Assembly (NCBI GenBank): GCA_041690135.1
Contig: JAWLHY010000004.1
Coordinates: 320,001 to 384,000 of the forward strand
Reading direction: 5' to 3'
Length of the DNA stretch: 64,000 nt
Origin: Armatimonadota bacterium
GTDB taxonomy: Bacteria; Armatimonadota; SYMT01
The notes below the pieces were generated by a model, which was given only the letters and a program-made list of their open reading frames with translations, was not told the DNA's origin and searched no databases. A program made the position numbers and the translations under genes. The first letter of the stretch is position 1. Every line of letters begins with the position of its first letter. Positions 55,824 through 64,000 of this stretch are shown piece after piece.

Positions 55824-58800
55824 ATGGCGACGAAACCGCTGCGCCCCCATCCCCTCCTGTTGTACGTGCTCGCTGCCGGCCTGGTAGCGCTGGCACTCGG
55901 GGTGGATGCGGCGGTGCCCCATAACGGGGTCGCGGCGGCGCTGCTGCTGCCGCTCCTCTGCGTGGCTGTGGCCGCGGCCGCCTGGTGGGGCGGGCTGGGG
56001 CCCGGCGTGGTCGCTTCGGTGCTGGCGGCGGGCGCCGCGCTTTACCCCCTCTTCGGCCTTACTCCCGAGGCCCCATGGCACGCTCCCGCCCCGGTGCTGA
56101 TCGGGGTGCTCCTCGGCAACGGGCTGCTCCTGTCGTATCTCTGCGACCTGCGGCACCGCGCGGAACGCGAGCGCGCGGCCAATCAACTCCGCGAGCAGGT
56201 GACGCTGGATGAGCTTCAAGACGCCGTGGGCGAATTGCGGCGTCAGGAACAGCAGTTTCGGGTGCTGGTCGAGAAGAGTTGGGATGCCATTACCCTGGTC
56301 CGGCCGGACGGGACCCTGAAGTATGCCAGTCCCGCCATCACGCGCATCCTCGGCTATTCCGCCGACGAATGCCAGGACCGCCCCCTCGTGGACCTCGTTT
56401 ACCCCGACGACCGGCGCAAGGCCGCGGCCTTCCTGGCCGATGTCCTCTCCCAGCCGGGAAAGTCCGCCACTGCCGTCTATCGCGTGCGCCATCGGGATGG
56501 CTCGTGGCGCTGGGTGGAGGCGACCGGGACCAACCTGCTCCACGAACCGGGCATCCTGGCGGTGGTTTGCAACAACCGCGATATTTCCGACCGGAAAGAG
56601 ACGGAAGAAGCGTTGCGGGAGAATGAAGAGCGGCTGCGACTGGCCCTCTCCGCCGCGGAGATGGGCACCTGGCGCCTGGATCTACGGTCCGATCTCGACA
56701 CTCGGGATGCCAACTTCAACCGCATCCTCGGCCTCGGCGCCGTCGTGACGACGGAACCGATGGAGGATTTCTTCGAGCGGATGCACCCGGAAGACCGTCC
56801 GGCGGCCGAAGCGGCCCTGCGCCACGCGATCCGTTCCCGCGGGGCCTACGACTGCGAGTTCCGCATCATACAGCCGGACGGCGCGGTCCGCTGGCTGCGC
56901 GATCGCGGTCGCGTGCTGCCCAACCCGGAGGGGCTTCCCACCTGCATGACCGGCGCTGCGGTGGACATCACCGAACGCCGGCAGAGCGAAGAAGCCCTGC
57001 GGGACGCGCAGAACCGCCGCACCCGGCAGAACCGGGTGCTCCTGGACCTGGCGCAGAGCCGCTCGGCCGGCAGCGGCGATCTGGAGGCCGCGCTCCGCGA
57101 GTTGACCGAGACGGCAGTCCGCACCCTGAACGTTGACCGGGCCAGCGTATGGCTTTACCATGCGGACGATACCGCAATCCGCTGCCTGAACCTCTTCGAG
57201 CGTACCCGGAACCGCCACTCGTCGGGAGGAGAGCTCACCGCCTCTCGGTTCCCGGCCTACTTCGAGGCGCTGGAAGCGGAACGCACCATCTCCGCCGGCG
57301 ACGCCGCGGCCGACTCCCGCACGGCCGACTTCGCGGCCAGTTATCTCCTTCCGCGGGGCATCAGTTCCGTGCTGGATGCCCCCGTGCGCGTCCACGGCCA
57401 TATCGTGGGAGTGGTACGCCACGAGCATGTGGGCCCTCCGCGCCAGTGGACCTCCGACGAGGAGAACTTCGCCGCTTCGCTAGCCGACCTCGTCTCGCTG
57501 GCACTGGAAGCGAGCGAGCGCCGGCAGACGGAGCAGGCCCTACGGGACAGCGAGGAGCGCCTGCGACTGGCCCTGAGCGCCGGCAAGTGCGGCACCTGGG
57601 ACTGGGACATCCCCGGTAACCACATCGTGTGGTCCGACCGGCTTTACGAACTTCACGGGGTCCGGCCCGGCTCCTTCGGGGGACGAATGGAAGAGTTCAC
57701 CGCGCTCATCCACCCCGACGACCGCGCGCGCGTCCAGGAGTCCGTCCGCCAGGCACTCGATGCCGGCTGCGCCTACGAGATCGAGTTCCGGATCGTGCAA
57801 CCGTGCGGCGCCGTCCGGTGGCTCTACACCAACGGGCGGGTGGTCCACGACGCGGGCGGCCGGGCAGTGCGTATGTTGGGGGCCACCATCGACACCACCG
57901 AGCGCGTTCGGGCCGAAGAGGCGCTGCGGGAGGCCGACCGCCGCAAGGATGAGTTCCTGGCGATGCTGGCGCACGAACTCCGCAATCCGCTGGCGCCGGT
58001 GATGAACGCTGTGCGGGTGCTGCGCCACTGCCGGCCGCGCGAACTGGACGTGGCCGACACGCTCAACCGGCAGCGCGAGGTGATCGAGCGGCAAACCCGG
58101 CACCTGTCGCGCCTGGTGGACGACCTCCTCGACGTTTCCCGCATCACCCAGGGCCGGATCGAATTGCGTAAGGAGCCCCTGGATCTGATCACCACGGTGC
58201 GCCACGCCGTCGAAAGCTGCCGCTGCCAGATCGAGGAGCGGGGCCTGTCCCTGGACCTGGTGCTGCCGGCATCGCCGGTGCGGATCGAAGCCGACGCCAC
58301 GCGGCTGGAACAGGTGGTCTGGAACCTGCTCAGCAACTCCACGAAGTATACCGAGCCTGGCGGCCGCGTTTCAGTCCGGGTGGAGGTGGAGGAGGCCCAC
58401 GTCACTCTCCGTATCCGGGATACCGGAAAAGGCATCCCCACCGAGCGCCTTGGGGACGTGTTCGACCTGTTCACCCAGGTCGACCCCACGCTGGCGCGAG
58501 CCCAGGGAGGGCTGGGGATCGGTCTCACGATGGCCCAGAAGCTGGTCCACATGCATGGCGGCGCCATCCAGGCGTTCAGCGAAGGACGGGGGCGGGGCAG
58601 TGAGTTCGTCGTCTCCCTGCCGTTGGTCGTCCTGGCCGATTGCGGAAGCGCGGCACCGCTGGATTCCACTCCCACTCCGGCACTCCCCTGCCGCGGCAAT
58701 GGAAGCGTCCCTCATCGCGAAGCGCCCCGCCGGCGGATGCTGGTCGTAGACGACAACCGGGACGCGGCCGACAGCCTGGCGGAGCTGCTCGAACTGTGGG

Positions 58801-59237
58801 GTCACGAGGTGCGCATCGCTTACGACGGGGAGGCCGCGCTTCGCCTGGTGGCCGAAGACCGCCCCGACGTCCTGCTCTGCGACATCGGTATGCCGGGTCT
58901 TGACGGTTATGAAGTCGCCCGTAGCCTACGTAGCGGAAGGGTGTGGACGGGTGCGGAGGCCTCTAAGACCCATGCGGAAGCGACCCTGGCCCTGGCCGGA
59001 GCCAACGGGGTCGGGGTGCCGTGGAACATGCACGTTCCCAACGGCACGGGGGTCCATCCCGCCCCCGAGAACTGCCGCACTTTCCCGGTGATGGCGAACT
59101 TACCGGTTCTGGTCGCCATCACCGGTTACGGTCAGGCCGCCGACCGCGAGCGGGCTCTGGAGGCCGGATTCGATCATCACCTCACCAAGCCGGTCGATCC
59201 CGACCTGTTAGCCGAAGTATTGAGGGCGATCACTTGA
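55824..59237 (+). CDS. Hybrid sensor histidine kinase (TM/DUF4118-PAS-PAS-GAF-PAS-HisKA-HATPase-REC)
   Basis: HELRNPL, NLLSN, DTGKG, GLGIGL, REC with LLCD and HLTKP. Confidence 0.95.
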   Translation: MATKPLRPHPLLLYVLAAGLVALALGVDAAVPHNGVAAALLLPLLCVAVAAAAWWGGLGPGVVASVLAAGAALYPLFGLTPEAPWHAPAPVLIGVLLGNGLLLSYLCDLRHRAERERAANQLREQVTLDELQDAVGELRRQEQQFRVLVEKSWDAITLVRPDGTLKYASPAITRILGYSADECQDRPLVDLVYPDDRRKAAAFLADVLSQPGKSATAVYRVRHRDGSWRWVEATGTNLLHEPGILAVVCNNRDISDRKETEEALRENEERLRLALSAAEMGTWRLDLRSDLDTRDANFNRILGLGAVVTTEPMEDFFERMHPEDRPAAEAALRHAIRSRGAYDCEFRIIQPDGAVRWLRDRGRVLPNPEGLPTCMTGAAVDITERRQSEEALRDAQNRRTRQNRVLLDLAQSRSAGSGDLEAALRELTETAVRTLNVDRASVWLYHADDTAIRCLNLFERTRNRHSSGGELTASRFPAYFEALEAERTISAGDAAADSRTADFAASYLLPRGISSVLDAPVRVHGHIVGVVRHEHVGPPRQWTSDEENFAASLADLVSLALEASERRQTEQALRDSEERLRLALSAGKCGTWDWDIPGNHIVWSDRLYELHGVRPGSFGGRMEEFTALIHPDDRARVQESVRQALDAGCAYEIEFRIVQPCGAVRWLYTNGRVVHDAGGRAVRMLGATIDTTERVRAEEALREADRRKDEFLAMLAHELRNPLAPVMNAVRVLRHCRPRELDVADTLNRQREVIERQTRHLSRLVDDLLDVSRITQGRIELRKEPLDLITTVRHAVESCRCQIEERGLSLDLVLPASPVRIEADATRLEQVVWNLLSNSTKYTEPGGRVSVRVEVEEAHVTLRIRDTGKGIPTERLGDVFDLFTQVDPTLARAQGGLGIGLTMAQKLVHMHGGAIQAFSEGRGRGSEFVVSLPLVVLADCGSAAPLDSTPTPALPCRGNGSVPHREAPRRRMLVVDDNRDAADSLAELLELWGHEVRIAYDGEAALRLVAEDRPDVLLCDIGMPGLDGYEVARSLRSGRVWTGAEASKTHAEATLALAGANGVGVPWNMHVPNGTGVHPAPENCRTFPVMANLPVLVAITGYGQAADRERALEAGFDHHLTKPVDPDLLAEVLRAIT

Positions 59238-59596
59238 GAAGGTTCTCCAGGTAGTCCGCGTGGTAGCGGCCTTCGGTGGCATTGTTCTTGCGCGGGCGCC
59301 ACAGCCTGGAGCAGATAGCTACATCGCCGTCACGTTCCACGTCGCCGACCACTGCCTCGTGCCCGCCCAGCCCCCGGGCGAGAATCACGCGTTCCGCGCA
59401 ACGGCTCGACTTCCCGTCCTGGTTCTCCCGTCCATGGATCAGGAAGGAGAGTCAGGGCAGGTGGCTGAAAGTCCCCCTGGCATCCTACCTTCGATGGACT
59501 CAACGGCTAATACAGGTTTACTTAATACCGTTTGTGTCGAATATGGGACGTGGCAGCCACTGAAGCGATTCGCCGCCACGCGCCCCCTTCCCGGCA

Positions 59597-60310
59597 ATGA
59601 ACACAGAGAAAACGGCCATAGCAGACTCCGCACTTGCGAACCCGGAAGCGGAAGGGCGGTTGCACGACCTGTCGCGCGTGGTGCGCGGTCTGGTGCACGA
59701 CCTGCGCAACCCACTGAATGTTATCCGCACAAACCTCTACTTGCTGCGGCAAAAGCTTCCCGAGGAGAACCCGAGCGCGTCGAAATCCATCAACCGCATC
59801 GACGATCAGGTTTCCGCGATTCTGCGCATCCTGGACGGAATCTCCGCCCACTACCGGGCGGACGAGCCTTCGTTCCAGCGTCTCGATCTCAACCAGGTGA
59901 CACGTACCCTGGTGGAAGGGTTTCCCCTCCCAGAGGACATCAGCACTGTCCTTGAGCTCGAAGCGGAACCGGCGACGGTCCGCATCGACCCGGGGTTGTT
60001 CCAGGCAGCGTTGCGCGCGCTACTGCAGAACGCCGTCAAGGCAATGGGCGGGCGCGGACGCCTCCGGGTGTCGACCACGCGGACGGATAACGGTCTCGAA
60101 CTTTCCGTGGAGGACTCAGGAGCCGGGATTCCCGCCGAGGCACAGGAGCACGTTTTCGAGCCGTTCTTTACTACCTGGGAAGGGCATGCCGGCCTGGGCC
60201 TGGCGCTGGTGCGAAAAGTGGCCCGCGTCCATGAGGGGCAAGTAAGGATCGAATCCCAGGCCGGAGAAGGCACGCGGGTAGTTCTGGAACTGCCGGCTAC
60301 CAGCGTTTGA
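59597..60310 (+). CDS. Sensorless histidine kinase
   Basis: HDLRNPL, DSGAG, FEPFFTT, GLGL. Confidence 0.9.
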   Translation: MNTEKTAIADSALANPEAEGRLHDLSRVVRGLVHDLRNPLNVIRTNLYLLRQKLPEENPSASKSINRIDDQVSAILRILDGISAHYRADEPSFQRLDLNQVTRTLVEGFPLPEDISTVLELEAEPATVRIDPGLFQAALRALLQNAVKAMGGRGRLRVSTTRTDNGLELSVEDSGAGIPAEAQEHVFEPFFTTWEGHAGLGLALVRKVARVHEGQVRIESQAGEGTRVVLELPATSV

Positions 60311-60701
60311 GGAGGCTGAGGCGGGTCTTGCCGTCCCGAAACTGGTAGCGTGCCTCATCCGTGAGCAGCGCGATCAGGTACCTTCCCCGGCCGCCGGTGG
60401 ATTCGATCGAAGGCAGCGCGGGCGGATCCTGCGGAAACGGCTCGCCCGCGTATATCAGGGTAACCCGCGCCTCGGCAGCGCCGATGGAAACATCCACGGA
60501 GATACACTCTCCGGGCGGCGTGGAGCCATAACGCACGGCGTTACTGAACGCCTCGCTGACCGCCAGCAGGAGTTCGGAAACACCTTCGCCTTCGATCCCG
60601 GCCTGGTTGCAAAGTTCCTGCAACCGGCAACGGAGGGGCCGACCCTGGCTCAGGTCGGACTGTAGTTGCATTCGTTCCTCGAAGCTCTCTCCACCCTGCA
60701 T
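60297..60701 (-). CDS. RsbW-like anti-sigma factor / Ser kinase (HATPase_c_2)
   Basis: LAVSEAFSNAVRYG, GGRGRYLI. Confidence 0.85.
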   Translation of the reverse strand: MQGGESFEERMQLQSDLSQGRPLRCRLQELCNQAGIEGEGVSELLLAVSEAFSNAVRYGSTPPGECISVDVSIGAAEARVTLIYAGEPFPQDPPALPSIESTGGRGRYLIALLTDEARYQFRDGKTRLSLLKRW

Positions 60702-61106
60702 GAGACAGCCCCCCAATCGGTGACAGGTCCAGGGAAGTTCAGTCTGTCCCGAATGATAGTCGGCGCAAACATCGGATGGGGGTAGGACGAATCTCACCCT
60801 GTCCGACGTGTCGGGAAGAACTGGTGTCGCCGCGCAAGGCGCTGAAAGCCGGGAACGTTGAAACCATCCGCATCCTGGGGCACAACATGCGCGCGGCGGG
60901 CGGCGACTACGGCCTCGACGTGGTCGCCCGCCCCGGCAAGTTCCTGGGAGAGGCAAGACCCGGAACGAGAAATGTGCCCGGGGCGGTGTTTAAATGGCTT
61001 CGACACCTTCCTGGGCCTGGTACAGGTCGTGTGGGGCTAGCAGCCCCACGACTTCCGTGCCCACTCCGCCCCTATCCCTATCCTTTACCTAATCTTTATC
61101 CCAATC

Positions 61107-61775
61107 CTAGTCCGTCATGGGACCCCGCTGCGTCTGGTCGAACTCCAGCACCCGCTTGACGAGGGCGGCACGGGTGCGCGGCTCGATGCGGAGCTTGGTC
61201 ATGGCGCGCTCCAGGGCGTGCTTCACCGCGGATTGTGTGATCTTCTCGCCCAGGTCTTGCGAGAGCGCCGTCGCCATCTGCTGGATGGTGAACTCGCTGG
61301 TGACCGCCTTGGTGACCACCACCTTCTCCCGTTCCGTGAGAGCGGCGCGGTTCGACAGCCGTTCGATGGCAACAGTGTAATCGCCGGGGCTGCCGGCCCG
61401 TGCGGTCGGCGTCTCCCGGTAGGCCTGCCGGACTACGGCAACCAGTTCTTCCGGTGTGCAGCTCTTGTCCAGGCAGGCGTAGGCTCCGGCGGAACGTCCC
61501 AACTCCGCCAGATCGTCCAGGGCCGTTACCAGGATGATCCGCAGGTGCGGGCGCTGCGCCAGGATCCGTTCGGTGGCCTGGATCCCGTTCATGTGCGGCA
61601 TCTGGAGATCCATCAGCACGACGTCCGGCGACAGGTTCAGGGCCATGTCGACCGCCTGGCGACCGTCCTCCGCTTCGCCTACCAGTACGAAGTCCGGCTC
61701 CGCCGAAAGGCGGCGCGAGAGCAGGCGGCGAATGAGCGTCTGATCGTCGGCGATCAGGATCCGGATCGTCGGCAT
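61107..61775 (-). CDS. NarL/LuxR-type response regulator
   Basis: IADD, VLMD, LTERE HTH. Confidence 0.9.
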   Translation of the reverse strand: MPTIRILIADDQTLIRRLLSRRLSAEPDFVLVGEAEDGRQAVDMALNLSPDVVLMDLQMPHMNGIQATERILAQRPHLRIILVTALDDLAELGRSAGAYACLDKSCTPEELVAVVRQAYRETPTARAGSPGDYTVAIERLSNRAALTEREKVVVTKAVTSEFTIQQMATALSQDLGEKITQSAVKHALERAMTKLRIEPRTRAALVKRVLEFDQTQRGPMTD

Positions 61776-61924
61776 AAACAGTGTTCCCCGGAAGCGGACT
61801 ACTTGAGCGAGAGTCCCTATTTCTTGTATCGGCGAAAACCGCTCTGCGTTTCAGCCCACTGTCTGCCCACGTCGAATCTGCTATCATGTTTTGATAGCAG
61901 TTGTTGACAGCAAGAGGCTGATGC

Positions 61925-62191
61925 ATGGCGGAACCGCTCAAGACACTCACCGTTCGCCTACCCGAGGATCTTTACCGGAACACCGCGGAAGTTGCAAGGA
62001 AGCGCGGCGTGAGCCTTAACAGATTGGTTCAGGAGAGCCTGGCACAGATCATCCGGGATGCGCATGCTGCCGAGCTCTACGACGCCTTCTCTCTGGTGGG
62101 TGAGGACGCAGAAGAGACAAACGTGGAATTCGCTCTCCAGGCACAGTGGGAGGTGGTGACGGATGAACCAGCAACTCCCGACGCGCGGTGA
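61925..62191 (+). CDS. Ribbon-helix-helix antitoxin
   Basis: TLTVRLPEDL..GVSLNRLV, acidic C-terminus, overlaps the toxin gene. Confidence 0.8.
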   Translation: MAEPLKTLTVRLPEDLYRNTAEVARKRGVSLNRLVQESLAQIIRDAHAAELYDAFSLVGEDAEETNVEFALQAQWEVVTDEPATPDAR

Positions 62192-62516
62192 GATCTGGTG
62201 GGTGGACTGGTCGCCGGGCCGCGGCTCGGAGCAAGCCGGGCGTCGCCCAGCTTTGATCGTGCTGACCGACGCCGCCAACCAGAACCCACGCTATCCGAAC
62301 ACCATCGTTGCTGCGGTGAGCACGAAAGGTCGCCCCGTTCCTTTTCACATTCGGCTGGATCCCGACGACCAGAACGGCCTCACTGCGGTGTCCTACATCA
62401 AGTGTGAACAACTGCTCACGATCAGCCGGGACCGTCTGGAAAGCCGGATCGGGCGGATCGGCGCGGAGGAACTCCAGAGGGTCCGCGAAGCGCTACTGCG
62501 CGTCCTGGATCTCTGA
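62163..62516 (+). CDS. mazF: PemK/MazF family toxin
   Basis: RGEIWWV..GSEQAGRRPALIV, CEQLLTISRDRL. Confidence 0.92.
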   Translation: MNQQLPTRGEIWWVDWSPGRGSEQAGRRPALIVLTDAANQNPRYPNTIVAAVSTKGRPVPFHIRLDPDDQNGLTAVSYIKCEQLLTISRDRLESRIGRIGAEELQRVREALLRVLDL

Positions 62517-62662
62517 TCGCGTTCACCCCACCCGTGATGCTGCGACCTGTGGCGCTATCCGCGAATCCGTCTCATCGCTATTCGCGGCCTTTCGCCTCAT
62601 TCGCGGATAGGCACATCTCCGGCGGGCGAGACGCCCGCGCTCCGGTCACTCCCTTTGGGCGA

Positions 62663-64000
62663 TTAACGTTTCTTTCTGCCAGAGCCTCCGCCGGCCCGCT
62701 CTGCGCGCTTGGCCATGTAGACCGGCATGCTGGGCGCCACCGATTCGGCGAACTGGGCGTCGGGGAGCATCTTCTTCAGGCGGTTGATCTCGTCGCGTAG
62801 GTGAGCGGCCTGCTCGAACTCCAGGGACTTGGCGGCCTTCTTCATCTCCGCTTCCAGCTCCTGGATGGTGGCCATCAGGTCGTCGGCTGGGCGCGACTCG
62901 TCCAGGGTATCGGGGGAGACCTGGTAGGCGTTGCCCCGGCCGTCGGCCACGCGGTCGGCTCGCATCACCTCGCGGATCGCCTTGCGGACCGTGGCGGGGG
63001 TGATGCCGTGCTCCTCGTTATAGGCGACCTGGAGCTCGCGGCGGCGCTTCGTTTCGGATATCGCCCGCTCCATGGAAGGGGTGACCGCGTCGGCGTACAT
63101 CAGTACCTTCCCCTCCACGTTCCGCGCGGCGCGGCCGATCGTCTGGATCAGGGAGGTTTCAGAGCGGAGGAAACCTTCCTTATCCGCATCTAGGATGGCG
63201 ACCAGCGACACTTCCGGCAGGTCCAGCCCTTCCCGGAGCAGGTTGATACCGACCACCACGTCGTACACCCCCATTCGCAGGTCGCGCAGGATCTCCAGGC
63301 GCTCCAGCGTCTTGATGTCGCTGTGGAGGTAGTTGACCTTGATGTTGATGTTGGCGAGATACTCCGAGAGGTCTTCCGCCATCTTCTTGGTGAGCGTGGT
63401 CACCAGCACCCGCTCCTGCTTCTCCACGCGCTTCCGGACCTCGCCGATCAGGTCGTCAATCTGGCCGCGGGTGGGACGGACCTCCACTTCCGGGTCGACC
63501 AGGCCCGTGGGGCGAATGATCTGCTCGACGGTCTGCGTGCTGACCTCCCGCTCGAACGGGCCGGGGGTAGCGGAGACCAGGACCGCCTGCTTCACCCGCT
63601 CCGCGAACTCTTCCCACTTCAACGGCCGGTTATCCTTAGCGCTCGGCAGCCGGAAGCCATAGTCCACGAGGGTCGTCTTGCGCGACATGTCGCCGCCGTA
63701 CATCCCGTGGATCTGCGGGATCGTCTGGTGGCTTTCGTCGATGAAGAGGACCCAGTCTTTCGGGAAGTAGTCGAGCAGCGTATGGGGCGGAGTGCCCGGC
63801 TCGCGGCCGTCCATGTGGCGGCTGTAGTTCTCGATGCCGTTGCAATAGCCGACCTCGCGCATCATCTCCAGGTCGTAGAGAGTGCGCTGCTCCAGCCGCT
63901 GCGCCTCGAGGAGCTGACCGCGGTTTCGGAAGTACTCCAGGCGCTCTTCCAACTCCTTCTCGATGCTCTTCATCGCCAACTCCAGCCGCTCTTCGCTGGT
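62663..64000 (-). CDS. uvrB: Excinuclease ABC subunit B (5' part outside window)
   Basis: [39 protein letters not shown] domain. Confidence 0.98.
   Translation of the reverse strand, partial: TSEERLELAMKSIEKELEERLEYFRNRGQLLEAQRLEQRTLYDLEMMREVGYCNGIENYSRHMDGREPGTPPHTLLDYFPKDWVLFIDESHQTIPQIHGMYGGDMSRKTTLVDYGFRLPSAKDNRPLKWEEFAERVKQAVLVSATPGPFEREVSTQTVEQIIRPTGLVDPEVEVRPTRGQIDDLIGEVRKRVEKQERVLVTTLTKKMAEDLSEYLANINIKVNYLHSDIKTLERLEILRDLRMGVYDVVVGINLLREGLDLPEVSLVAILDADKEGFLRSETSLIQTIGRAARNVEGKVLMYADAVTPSMERAISETKRRRELQVAYNEEHGITPATVRKAIREVMRADRVADGRGNAYQVSPDTLDESRPADDLMATIQELEAEMKKAAKSLEFEQAAHLRDEINRLKKMLPDAQFAESVAPSMPVYMAKRAERAGGGSGRKKR

Noticed and set aside
60776-61159. 127-aa ORF with CxxC
   Set aside because: No recognisable family, runs into repeat DNA and overlaps the response regulator; may be a remnant
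62555-62645. Palindromes after mazF as an RNA antitoxin
   Set aside because: A protein antitoxin is present; the palindromes resemble generic REP/terminator hairpins between convergent genes

Overview
GC-rich bacterial chromosomal window. Gene content (YjbH barrel, a paralogous pair of exported hypotheticals, a stand-alone dnaN) suggests an Armatimonadota-like diderm; this is inference only. It carries cell-envelope genes (M23/EnvC-like, two S41 CtpA paralogs, polysaccharide deacetylase, LysM-G5, murA), a PaoABC-like molybdoenzyme, an asnB-ACP-acyl-CoA ligase-nadE-GNAT cluster, an ankyrin protein, an orphan DNA methyltransferase, dnaN, an ECF sigma/anti-sigma pair, glycoside hydrolases, two-component genes, a MazF-type toxin-antitoxin pair and a partial uvrB. 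No rRNA, tRNA, transposase, cas or reverse transcriptase genes were recognised. The most unusual signals are non-coding. (1) An array at 22147-22714 has a conserved ~41-nt hairpin separating 120-150 nt folded cassettes, and one cassette recurs 33 kb away upstream of a DUF488 gene. (2) A symmetric structured leader sits in front of the ankyrin gene. (3) There are two further candidate ncRNAs (4.1 kb, 38.3 kb). (4) REP-like repeats are nested and share an 18-nt insert. Also notable is an S41 paralog lacking both catalytic residues, placed directly before an intact CtpA. All structures were paired by eye; no folding or database search was run.
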